NCBI GenBank assembly: GCA_051362555.1
Contig: CM120649.1
Coordinates: 10,726,001 to 10,790,000 of the forward strand
DNA length: 64,000 nucleotides
Origin: Lingula anatina
Lineage: Eukaryota; Animalia; Brachiopoda
Direction: 5' to 3'
Shown here: piece by piece, positions 39,768 to 52,543 of the stretch
How positions within the stretch are numbered: position 1 is the stretch's first letter
Layout: every line of letters begins with the position of its first letter
Position numbers and translations under genes: made by a program
The notes under the pieces: generated by a model
Seen by the model: only the letters and a program-made list of their open reading frames with translations
Database searches by the model: none
What the model was told of the DNA's origin: nothing

Positions 39768-42700
39768 ATGGCTGAAAAAAAAATTAAGAAAACAAGATTC
39801 ACCCCTGCCCTAGACATCCTCCTCCTGCAGGAGGTTTTGGTTGTAAATCCATTTGAAGAAATAGTAAGGTGGGCAGAAGTGTCCACCTCATTTAATGGAA
39901 TGCTGAAAGAGAGGCCAGGAGATGACAACACTACTTTAGCCACTGCCAGAACTGTTTGGGAGAGCACAACAAATTTAATACAAAAGTTTAAACAAGGCAG
40001 CAAAGCTGTCAAATGTACAGACAAAAAACAGGAAATAACTATGCACAAAATAGGCTACTGTCAATTCTGATGCAAAAGTACATTATGTTAAACTGCAAAT
40101 TCAACATCAAATTTTAATTATGCTCAACAGGTAATACCAATGTAAGTAAAATGTGTAACAAGTTCACACTTTGAAAATGTATAACTTCCAGAAAAAGAAG
40201 CCAATTAGACTGCTTTTCCAACTCAGGCTGCATTTTAGTCCTGTATTTCTTTTTTTAAAGTTTGGCAATCATAAGTAACATGGTTTTCCCATAATGGTCA
40301 TCATGGCAGCAGCACCCAAAATTGTGTTTTCTTCTATTCTGATGCCATATTACATAATGGTTAACAGCATAATGACCGTCAATTTTTAATAATAAAATAT
40401 ACGTATCAAGAATTTTCAGAAAATGTGACTAGCATGGGTCTTCAAGCCCGTGGAACTTCAAAGTCACACCTTGAAAATGCCAATATGTGAAAAATTAAAT
40501 TTTCACAAAAAAAAAAAAAAAAACGTTTAACTGGCAGTAAGAATTACCAAACAGACTGCATTGCCTACTGAAGCTGTATTTTAGTCCCATGTTTCTTGCC
40601 TGTAAGTTTGAGAACAGTAAGTGACATGGTTTTTCTTAAATGGTCATCATGGGAGCAATGCCCAAAATAGTTTTTTTTTTTCAAATTTTGATGCAATATT
40701 ACATAATGTTTAACAGCATAATGACCATCAATTTTAATAATAAAATATTAGTATTATGGATATTCAGAAAATAAGACTAGCAAAGGTCTTCAGGCCCATG
40801 GAACTTCAAAGTCACAACTTGAAAATGCCAAAATGTAAACAAGACAGCAATGTTCTGAAATGTTTTTTTTTTCCAGTTTTAACAATTTCTAACATAAAAC
40901 AAAATTAACAGTTTACTACCGTTTTTATATGATCAACTGAGAAAATTGATGAGATGGGAAAAATTTTAATAGAGCAGTGTTAAATGTCCAATTTCTTCCA
41001 TTCTGAGATTCTGTACATAGTGAATGATTGAATCTGACAAACTGCAATGATATGTGTTTATTTCCATTTTTGACACTTTATTACACAATACACGATAACA
41101 AGTTTACCATCATTTTTACAAAATCAACTAACAATGTTGTAAAGATGCAGGAAATGTCAAACAAAAACTTTTACGTATCTTATTAGTAAAATAATAAGAC
41201 TGTTAACATGCCTAAGAATTGAATCTGAGGAAATATGAAAAAACAGCATAACTTCTAAAATAATGGCCCAATTATGCTGATTTTCGAACTCAACCTGCGT
41301 TTTAGTAAGATTGACCACTCCTGTGAGTTTAATGACAATTGGCCTATCTGTTTTTCTTATATTGTGTTTACAGTGTTGCATATATGCTGAAAAATGAAAA
41401 AAAAAGCATAACTCCCCTAAAAATGGCCCGATCATGCTGATTTTTCGAACTTGACCTGTTTTAGTATGATTGATTACTCCTGTGAGTTTCATGACGACAG
41501 GCCTAACGGTTTTCCTTAAAATGTGTTTACAGTGTTGCATATATGCTGAAAAGTGAAAAAACAGCATAACTTCTACAACAATGGCCCGATCATGCTGATT
41601 TTCGAACTTGACCTGCGTTTTATGAATATTCATCAGCTCTGTAAATATAAAGCCAAAAAGTAAAACTGCCCTCCACTTATCGTGTTTACAAGGAAAGTGC
41701 ACGGCGACGGCATCGGCATCAGCATCAGCATCGGCGACGGTGACGACAGACGCAGGTGATGGCAATATGTACAGACACATCTGTGTCTGTACATAAAAAG
41801 TAAAACTGCCTTCTACTTATCGTGTTTACAATGAAAGTGCACGGCGCCAGCGACGGCGATGACGGGGACAACAGACGCAGGTGATGGCAATATGTACAGA
41901 CACATCTATATATATTTACTGTACTGTTTGAGAACAGTAAGTGACATGGTTTTTCTTAAATGGTCATCATGGGAGCAGTGCCCAAAATAGGTTTTTTCAA
42001 ATTTTGATGCAATATTACATAATGTTTAACAGCATGATGACCATCAATTTTTAATAATAAAATATTAGTATCATGGATATTCAGAAAATGTGACTAGCAA
42101 AGGTCTTCAGGCCCATGGAATTTCAAAGTCACAACTTGAAATGCCAAAATGTAAACAAGACAGCACTGTTCTGAAATGTTTTTTTTTTCAGTTTTTAACA
42201 ATTTTTAACATATAACAAAATTAACAGTTTACTGCCATTTTTATATGATCAACTAAGAAAATTGATGAGATGGGAAAAATATCAACAGAGCAGTGTTAAA
42301 TGTCCAATTTCTTCCATTATGAGATTCTGAACATAGTGGATGATTGAATCTGACAAACTGCAATGATATGTGTTTATTTCCATTTTTGACACTTAATTAC
42401 ACAATACACGATAACAAGTTTACCATCATTTTTACAAAATCAACTAACAATGTTGTAAAGATGCAGGAAATGTCAAACAAAAACTTTTACGTATCTTATT
42501 AGTTTAATAATGAGACTGTTAACATGCCTAAGAATTGAATCTGAGGAAATGTGAAAAATATGCTGAAAAGTGAAAAAACAGCATAACTTCTACAATAATG
42601 GCCCGATCATGCTGATTTTCGAACTTGACCTGCATTTTATGAATATTCATCAGCTCTGTAAATATAAAGCCAAAAAGTAAAACTGCCCTCCACTTATCGT

Positions 42701-43879
42701 GTTTACAAGGAAAGTGCACGGCGCCGGCATCGCCATCGCCATCGGCGACGGCGACGACAGACGCAGGTGATGGCAATATGTACAGACACATCTGTGTCTG
42801 TACATAAAAAGATGAAATGGAAAGTGCAAGAAAGTAAGTACTCAGATTCAAAACTATCTTAGTACTTAATTTACCATGTCTTTATTTTAATTACCTCTTT
42901 AATGTTACTTGTCTTTTAAATTTATGATAAGGTTATTTAGGTGTAAAGCTGAGGGACTGTGGAAGTATTCTATTCACACATACTTGAATGAAGTCAAAAA
43001 TTGAAGATGTGCTGGCATGCATTAGGTGTGTGTGAAAGTTATCTTCCAGAGTTTCTCAGTGGAAAGTCAAAGAAATAAACATGAAACAATGTTATTTTGA
43101 CTAGTAATCTGTAATAAAAATCTAAGTGAAATTCAATAAAGAACTATTCTGATTTTGGAACTTGACGGCATTTCTGTTGTTTCTGGATTATCGATATCGC
43201 CCGCTGATAAATTCACATTTTCTTTTGGAAGAAATATATTTATATATATTGCAGAACGGGGACAGTGAAGAGTACAACCAGAGAAAGCAGCTGCTCACTG
43301 ACCTGGTAGCTCTCATCAATGAGGCACAGGAAAAACCTAGCACCAGCAAGGTGGACAAAGAGAGGAAAGAAAAGGAGGGGATTGCTATAAGACATGCAGC
43401 CCTTAAAGGAAAGGAGGTTAAAGGTAATTCTTATGTAATTTGTATAATAACCAGTTTTGTATTTGACAAAGCCAATCACAGTATGTATGGCACTAAGTGT
43501 CTGGATTGACATCTCTCTTTATGTAAGATACCTCATTGCATAAGATAAATAAAAAACAGTAAATTTACTTATTATCATTTGTTTAAATACATGTTCTCCC
43601 TTTAACAGAAGAACAGTCAAAGGGAACTCCCCCCCCCCCAAAAAAAAAAAAAAAAAAAAAAAAAAAAAGCAGATTATCTGCCAGTTGTAAGGGAGGAAAG
43701 GAAAGTACAAAGAAATTGAGGGAGGAGGAGCTTCAGTGTAGCACTCAAGAGGAAAGAATTAGAGCTAGCAAAAGCCAAGTTTGATCTTGACAAAAAAGAG
43801 AGAGACAAGAATGGAGGCAGAGTTGGCAAGAGACAAAATGATGCTGGACCTAGTGAAGGCAGTTATGGAAAAGAAATAA
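39768..43879 (+). pseudogene. Myb/SANT-like DNA-binding protein (PIF/Harbinger ORF1-type), 3 exons, disrupted
   Basis: MAEKKIKKTRFTPALDILLLQEVLVVNPF..W..RTVWESTTNLIQKFK, then the HINE insertion, then KDEMESARK|gtaagt (about 42808-42833). Exon about 43256-43422 reads G.SEEYNQRKQLLTDL..GIAIRHAAL. Exon about 43608-43879 is a coiled coil, KELELAKAKFDLDKKER..MMLDLVKAVMEKK*. Frameshifted. Confidence 0.75.
39991..42810 (+). mobile_element. Helentron-associated non-autonomous element (HINE-like) with internal tandem repeats and duplicated 3' part
   Basis: Inserted in an A-run without TSD. 5' subterminal atgtacagaca. Internal repeats of about 160 bp (aacagcataacttct..gctgattttcgaact). (GACG/GGC)-rich microsatellite, then the perfect hairpin tatgtacagacaca-tc-tgtgtctgtacata at 41766-41795 and 42777-42806. 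Segment about 40607-41240 is repeated at about 41927-42550. Confidence 0.8.
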
Positions 43880-46118
43880 ATCTTAAATTATTTTGGTGGT
43901 GGTGGTGGTGGTGGGGGGGGGGGGGGGGAGGGAGGGGGGCAGAGGAAGGGTTATTTTTTTTGTGCCAAAGTTTATTTTTCTTCAAAATGCTGAAAGTTCT
44001 TTGACAACGGATCCTTTTGTTTGTAACATACACCAACGTGGTGCCTTCATAAAGAGTTCATTGTGTGTTCTGGTACTTCATAGATGTAAGGCAGAGTGAT
44101 TTGACCTTTTTTCTCTGATGTATCCTTTTTTTGTCACTTTTTTCTCGTTCCTTGTACTCTTGGATATAACCTGATATTTTCCTCTATTTAATGACCAACT
44201 GGGATAACCACATTGTCTTAATCCACACTGTTCTCATCAAAAAACTTTCATCTTTTTGTAGAAACAAAATCCAGTGAAGCTATTTGTACATTTTTCTTGT
44301 TTTGTACCAAAATTTATCAATTTTCTTTTTGATGTTTTGCATATGAAGATTTTCATAGCTTTCAGTAATTGTATTGTTGGAAGCTGCTACGCAAAATAAA
44401 TGAATACTCTTATTTTTGTTTTGTGCCAAGAGCTCTCTTCAGGGGTAGATGCATTTGCCCAGATGGACTGGGTATTTGAAAAACAACTTCATAAATGCTC
44501 CATTTCGCTTGATACCAAAGGTGCTGGACATACTTCGATCATCATTACAAGGCTGAAGCAACAATAATAGTTCCAAAGTGGGTAGCTCAGCCATGGTATC
44601 AACGTTTCATCAAGAAGTGTGTTGCTCCATCAATTCGCATATTAAACAGTCCAAAAACTTTTATAAGCTGGCAAGCAGTACCAGAACTATTGAACAATGT
44701 AAAGTGGAAGATATATGCCTGGAGGATCTCAGGGCGAAACACTTAATGTCCACTGGGTGGTCTGAGTGAGCGGCTAAGCAGTGTGTATTTAGTTTAGCTC
44801 AGTCAACATTGTCGTCTTATAATTTACATATATCTTTAGGAATTTTTGCATTTGGGAAAAACATGTCTTTCCTCCAGAGATAAGTGACTCTGCTATAATA
44901 TTTGCTGATTTTTTATGCTATATTGTGGATAGGTCAGAACAACCAAAGGTAAAGAAAATCCATTTGAAAATGTTGACCTTAGGAGGTTGGTTTCAGCATT
45001 GGTTAAATATGGTACATTGTACCAAGGTACCGGCCAAGAGAACCAAGATATTAATTAATTTACGATGCACTGATAGCAAAGCCAGGTGAGTGCAAAGATT
45101 AATCAGAACGTTTGATTCAAGATCGGATTTTACAACACTCAGAGAATTCTCATCATGCCTGCAAGTAGAAAGAGAACCGCTTTGAGAAACTACAATGAAA
45201 GTAAAATGTAATTCTAATACAGTGTGGTACGTGTTGGGTAGACCATCCCTCCGTCTCTCTCTCTTTCTCTCTGTAATGGTAGAGTCAGTGTTCTAACTTT
45301 ATTCTTTTTAAGTTATAGAGACGTGGATTACTATTGTTTTTGACGAGGATGGAGTTGTATGAGTGGAAGACGTTTCGAAGTGTGAGAGAGAGGAAGAGTT
45401 AGAAGGGGGAAGTCTCTGCTGTTGGAGAGACACTCGTGGCTCCTTGGGATGGTTGCATGTATTCGGCAAATATGCTTTACATTAGTGGTAAGTGTATTCT
45501 CAATCTGTATAGTTTGCTTAGGTGAAATAAATTTGAAGGGAGAAGGGTTCATACAGCATTTTAAGGTACATATTAACCAAGCATCACTGTAGCATGGATT
45601 TCCAGTAACACAAATAAACTACTTCTAAAAGTTTCTTAATGACTCAAATAAATTTGACATGCCAAGGGGTAAACTGAATAAGTCACCAGATTGGTCATAA
45701 AAGAGCTTTAGACTGCTCCTTTCTTTAAATTTTTGGTCAGAAATTTAGCCTATTTTCAGGACCTATTGTACTCTTTTGGCTCATTGATATACAGCATAGA
45801 GTGCTAGCAGAAAAATCTGTTCAAAAATCTTTTTTTTTTTTTTTTGGGGGGGGGGGGGAAATTAAACTTTGGCTTTTGGTAATCCTCTTAGTTATACTAC
45901 TTGAAACTATATGCTGGCATTTTGTTGGCTTATGTGGCCAAAATTTACTTCATATGCACCTTTAAACTTAGCCAATTGAAATTACTTTTAATCTTGAAAA
46001 AAAAAAAAAATTCACACTGCAAAGAGTGCCTTAAAAAGGTAGGAAAAGTATTTTTAACTATGATTAAAATATACCATGCCTCTAGAACCGCTAAATTAAT
46101 TTTGTTTTAGTTTACAAC

Positions 46119-46168
<50 letters not shown>

Positions 46169-47082
46169 ATTAAAGAAATCTACTAGAAGCTTACTTGACG
46201 AACTACCTGTGAACGCAACAAATTTTACAAGAAATGTCACATTTTATTTTTCTTGTTTTTCAGATGTGATGTGGTGCTTGTATCACAGTGGACATTTGGT
46301 CTGACTTCTGTAGTAGGTTCCAAAACAGCGGTGATATGTTTTTCAGTGATCAACTACAAACTGCCTGATCTCTATGTTTATTTCTCTGGCTGACAGATTT
46401 GGAGTCTCCTAGGACAGCAGGTACAATCCAGCTATTGGTTCAACTGACCAAACTCACTCTGATCTCTTATACTAAGTTCCACTCCTTATATACTCCTACA
46501 CACAAAATACATTACAGGGAATAATGAACAAGTTAGATATATTGAAGCCAATTAACAGAAAAAAGACATATTACTAGAGACCCAATGAATAAACTCAGAC
46601 TGCTTTAAACTTAAACTTGGAGATGTAAATAAAGTTGTTGAATCCTTTTAAAAAATAAAGCATCCTTTACAGCTAGGTTACTGTTCTTTCCAATGAATAA
46701 ACTGCATTAGCAGATCCACTTCATATCATTATATCGTAGACATCTGAACAATCTTTACCAAATGTTGATTTGATTTGATTTAGATGTGCAAGTTTCTAAA
46801 ATAAAATATTAAAAAATATTTATGGTGTTTCTTACTGTTAATCTGTATGTGCCGTTTGTTTCATTCATTTGATAATTTTCTGTATGTGTTCTGCCAGCTC
46901 TACTATATGGCTAAAATACAGTAATAAAATTTTGCTACTCTATGATTTCAAATATGGCATACATGATTGAGATTTAATTTAGAAAAATAACTGGCACAAA
47001 TAAATGCATAATCGCTGGGTTAAATATTTCTTGTCAGTCTACAGCAATATTGCAATAGTGGTACTGGTACTGGTATTTGCTT

Positions 47083-47460
47083 TTTTGAGAGTTTCTGGAA
47101 ATTTGCAAGAACAGTTCCGGAGAGTTTGCGGCAAATTTGCAGCAAATTTGCGAGAATAATTTTTTGAGAGTTTGAAGAACATTTGCAAGAACAGTTCTGG
47201 AGGGTTTGCAGCAAATTTGCAAGAACCTCTAGTGAATTTGCAGCAAATTCGCAAGAACAGTAGTGGAGAGTTTGCAGCAAATTCGCATGAACGGTTCTTG
47301 AGAGTTTGCAGCAAATTTGCAAGAAACCTGTGATAGATTCCTTTTTGTCATGCTGATTAAGTTTTTGGGGAGTTTGCAGCATATTTGCAAGACTTCTCTC
47401 TTGCAAATGTGCTGCAAATTTGCACAACTGTTTGCAAGAAGTCTTAAATTTTGCTAAGGG
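47083..47460. mobile_element. Transposon end with dense subterminal gcaaatttgc/ttgcaagaa repeats (CMC/EnSpm-like)
   Basis: About 10 repeats of gagtttgcagcaaatttgcaagaa ending ..ttttgctaaggg; partner end not found. Confidence 0.55.
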
Positions 47461-48068
47461 CAGTCATGCAAATAGGCAGATGGAAAACAAAAGAAGTGTT
47501 TTATGGTAGATATGTTTATTCTAATGTGCTGACAGCATATGTCAATAATGTTTATAGTTTTACAGGCTTATCCAATCAGGACAAATAGATGTAAGGCTTA
47601 CTTTCACATAGATTTGACAATCTGCAGTAGACCAGCTAAAGTTAAAATGTCACAACTTTTACCATTTGTAGTTAGTTTAGCATTGGTTTAAATTTGTTAA
47701 GGTTTATCAAGTTTATCCTTTGAAACTTCTCTCTAATAAGGTATTTTATTTTCTAATAAATAATTAAACTTACATGATGTGTGACTAAGGTTTTTTCAAA
47801 ATTGAAGTAACACGGAATGTACTGTAGTAAGTTTATTTTATAGTCGCCAAGTGGTGACTAAGTCTATCAGCTTTTTCTCTTGCACATGTACAATTTGATT
47901 GTAATAAGTAATTTGATATATTTTATGCTGTTATAAGTAATTATATTTTAGGTTTCATGGAATGTGCATTGTGAAGCAAGGCATTTTATTTTCTAATAAA
48001 TAATTAAACTTGAATGATGTGTGACTTAGGTTTTTTCAAAACTTTTGTGTTTCCATGGACTGTTTCAG

Positions 48069-51000
48069 GGAGACCCATTTCATGTGCTTTAATTTGCTCA
48101 GTACCCAGGAGGAAAAAGAACACAGGGGCATATTTGGATCAGGCAGAAGAAAATTTGGGCGAGTTCAATGGCGTTCCTCTTCATATATCAGCCAATTCTC
48201 TGTCCACGAAGATGATGCCATATCCTGTTGTAGTAAACATTCAATATCAATGGCCAACAGTTGCAGATCCCCTAGAGCTGCAGCAAAAAAGAGGGTTTTA
48301 GTAGAAGAAGCAAGGCCGTGAAAGAAAAGCAGAAAATTAAAGAGGAAGAATTTTGGCTTAAACAACGAAAGGAAACACTTCGTATCCAAACTGCTATCAA
48401 CAAAGCAGAAGCAGAGCTTAAGACACAGGCACCAATGAAGGACATAGATGTAGATGCCTGGGTTGATTATCTCTCCGGCCATGGTGTCAGCGACGGTTTA
48501 CCTTACCCCCCCTCCTGTTTTTGAACTCCTCCAAAGAGGAGCAGTTTGCCACCAGCTGCACATATATAAGCTGGGAAATATTTACTGCCCAGCCTACTCT
48601 TCCACAGTAGCATCCACAGCTGAGGGACTCGGTCCAGCAGTCTACCAGATACAGGCCTGTGACAAATGCCAGAAACAGACTTAGATCAAGACGCAGAGCC
48701 CAGAATTTAAGCCCATCACTGTGAAAGAAGTGAAGGAATTCATTGGAATGGATTTGATAGGTATATAGTCTAAGCTCTGTTCAAATTATCTGTTAAGTGG
48801 TTCTGAATATGTACACTAAAAAGAAAATTAAAACATAAAAATTTCAGCCTCCAAATGCTGCTCCTTTAATATATGTCAATAATTAATGGAAATGAGTTGG
48901 AAGGTGGTCTGGATACCCTAGGTTCTAGATTCCGGTATTGCCAACTCGATCTTGATTTCATATATAACCCATAGTAGCAATACCAGGCTCTAGCGAACAG
49001 TGGCAACTCGGGGGCGTTCTTCTTCAAAATTCTGCCTGGGGCGCTTCCATATTTGGAAGTCACATGAGTCTTACGTCACAGCTCTGTCCCGCCTTGAACT
49101 GCCTTTGACATTGCGATCTCGCGGCATCTCGTGCTATACGAGACAAAGAACAAAGAAAATATGGCTGACGCGGAGTTCGATGCTAGTGTACGTTTGGCTC
49201 TCAGTTTGCTGAAAAATGCGCCCATCGGAGAATTAAAAGATGAACAAAAAGAGGCTCTTGTTCATCTCTTGAATGGTGAGGATGTTTTCGGGGTGCTACC
49301 AACAGGGTATGGAAAAAGCTTGATATATGAGATCGTCCCAAAATTATTTCCAATATGTAGACAAAAGAAGGTAGGAACATCGGATATTGAAATGGCTGCA
49401 TCAGTGATAGTCGTATCGCCATTGATATCGTTGATGAAAGATCAGGTAGAAGAGTTGATCCAGCTGGGGCTTGACTCAGTATACCTCAGTAGTGAGCACG
49501 AGCTAACAGAACCCGAGTTGCAGAAACTAAAGCTTGGAAAGTACGATGTTGTATTGGCAAGTCCAGAATCGTGGCTGGGGAAGTACAGGTACCTCTTCAA
49601 CATCAAGGAATTTCGGAACAACATTTGTTTGCTGGTTGCAGATGAAGCTCATGTTATACCACAGTGGTAAGCCATATATGCTATGTTATTTATAGAGCTA
49701 TGTATGGCAGAAAAAGGAAGACCTTTTATTTAGAAAAATTCATTATTTCCACGAAAATTAATTAAGTTTGATAAAAAAATAAAAAAAAGGACAGTTTCAT
49801 TTTAAAATTACTGTATTTGACATTATTGTGGCTCTGGTAAGTAATTTAAAAAAAAGAGCCAGCAAAACAAGATCACAAGTTACTAAAATAAAATATAATC
49901 AATAAAGTGATAAAAGACTCTTTAATTATAAAAAACATGCTCCTTCATTGCATTTAAGGGATGCTTACATCTTTATTTTAGTTTTGTTATCTTGGTTCAG
50001 TGATACTAAACTTAATTTTTTGTACATTTCAGGGGGTTGAACCAGAAGCACAAGAAAGCTTTTAGGGGAGCTTTTTCACAGCTCAGAGAATTGAGGGCTC
50101 TAGTAAGAAAGGACATTCCCTTCTTGGCTCTGACAGCCACAGCTAACAAGAAGACGAGAAAGAAGATTACACAGACACTGCTATTAAGGAAGCCACACTA
50201 TATTATCAGGTAAATTCACTTTTTGAAGTGCAGACAATTAATTAATGTTTAAGTGTAAGTGTAAGATTTGTTTTATAAACAGCTTAGTGATTTAAAGGAC
50301 CACTCAATTGTATGGACCTTTATACAGCACAAAATGATTATAATTATAATGATAATAAAGGATTTATAATAATAATAAATACTCATAAATACATTTGCAT
50401 ACTACATTCAGTGCACAATAGGGTGTATTTTGCTATTTTCATTTGCATCACAAAACATATTTATAGGTTATGTTGAATTTTTTCTATATAAAAGCAAAGG
50501 ACTGAGACGTATGGCTGGATTTTGGCACCAAATTAAATTTCCACAAACACAAAAGCAATTTACCATACTCCCCACACATTTCAAGATTTTTAATTCCTAC
50601 AAGAATATTTAAGCAATTTTTTTTATTTCTTATTATTATTGCACACATTTTGTATATATCTTTATTTCAGGTCTCCAAAAAGAGAGAACATATTTATAGG
50701 TGTTAAGAAAGCACAAGGGGTGCAAGACTTAGACTGGCTTGTGGAGCAGTTGGGAGAAGAGAGACTTAACATGAAGAGGACATTGTTGATTGCCGTGCAG
50801 TTAAGGATGCAGTAAGTGTATATGAACATTTTTTGAACCTGCTGGGAGAGAGATCATATGTAGTTGACACTTCAAAACTATCCAGTAATCGCCTGTTTGC
50901 CCTGTACCATCATAATACAGATGACAAAAGAAAAGAAAATGTGTTAAAGGACGTGACAACGGATAGTGGTCACTTCAGAGTTGTTATCTGTACAAATGCA

Positions 51001-52512
51001 CTAGGCATGGGAATAAATGTTCCCAACATTTCAACAGTGATTCACTATGGTGTGCCATCGACTCCTATATACAGGAAATTGGACGCGCAGGTAGAGATGG
51101 GAAAGAGGCACAAGCACTACTGTACTACTGTGCACGTCATTTGTTAGGTACAGAGAGAGATGAAGGATTTTGTAAGAGGCAAAGAACAATGTAGAAAAAA
51201 ACAACTGTTCAAAGAATTTGGAGAGGTAAATGAAGGTGACCATAGATGCTGTGACATTTGTTTAGAGAAAGGGAAGAGTAGCAGCATGGAACCAGAGGCA
51301 GCAAGTCATGCGCCTCATGTGCCCGATCCTCACACAGCAGTGAGAGAGCCATCAAATGGAGACTTAAAAGTGATGGTAGATTGTCTGAGGGAATCTCAAG
51401 ACAAGTGTAGGCATTTAAATGTTTTAGGCATAAACTTCTTTCCGGATTTACTTGAAATTATTGCAAGTACCAGATAAATTGATAGTTATGATTATGTAAT
51501 CACAAACTTGAGTGTTATACACCCTCTTGTAGCTATAGAAATTGTCTGTTTTAAATGAAGTGTTCGGGGAGGAATTACCGGTGCCCACAATTGATAATGA
51601 TATTTTAAAAGATATAGATGACTTAGTATTGCAGTCAGTTTTCAATCAGGAAGAGGAGGAAGAGGAGAACTCCTTTGCAGACCTCCTAGACGAGTATGCA
51701 GTCGCATTGATTTTATGTAGACATACATGTATTCTAGCTAGATTGGACATGCATGTAAGATGAGAGAAAATGGCTTAATTTTCTCTCTTAAATAGTTGAC
51801 ACCCGTACACGTTAAGTGGGTTTTGAAGAAGTATGGGCAGAAATCATAAAACCATGGCTCAGATATTTCTTGTGACATGTAAATATTGTGTACAATAATT
51901 GTCTACATTTAGCTTAGTTTTAGTATAATTTGAACTCAATTTTTTGTATTGTATATTTAAAAATGTTGTTTACATGATATTTTTGATATGATAATTGATC
52001 ACTCTCATATTTCCACTGTCCGTATTGGACTTTGGTCAGAACCAACTTTAAATTGCACTGTATAATCAATAACTGTGCATATATATGTTGCTAATAGCTT
52101 ACTTAGGCTTATTGTATGTATTAGCATGTATAGCACTTCTTGACTTTCAGTTCACTAACAAGGGCTGACCAAAAAATCTGGGCCATGAAAAATTGGAACT
52201 ACTAGAAGAGCTTTTTTTTCTTTTGCTTTTTCCAAATTTCTCTAATAAAGGATGTTCAGGTGCCTTCCCCTTCCTAAGAAAGAGGGAGTAAGGTTTTCGA
52301 TTCTATTTGTCATCCATATTTAATAAATAGATTGATTGATTCTGAATCATTAGCTTTATTTAATTAAATTCTGCTCTTATTGTCCAGAACCTAACAAGCA
52401 TTTGATACTGAATGTCAGCCCTTATTTCGTTCATTTTAGAAAAACAAAAACCTTAACTCTTTTTGCTTACAATAAAGCTCCAGTAGAGCACCCCTTTTGG
52501 ATATTTGATCGA

Positions 52513-52543
<31 letters not shown>

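Noticed and set aside
41157-41780. 207-aa minus-strand ORF (and its 107-aa twin at 42528-42851)
   Set aside because: Chance read-through of HINE tandem repeats and microsatellite; repetitive peptide with no domain motifs.
44100-45720. Possible decayed minus-strand LINE or transposase coding remnants
   Set aside because: Only vague similarity by eye; no diagnostic motif could be read.
47020-47427. Several overlapping ORFs with ANLLQ/CKFAAN repeats
   Set aside because: Translations of a palindromic gcaaatttgc subterminal repeat; open in many frames.
49161-51763. Functional cellular RecQ/BLM/WRN ortholog
   Set aside because: Frameshifts, minimal domain architecture and location inside a transposon intron favour a TE-borne pseudogene.
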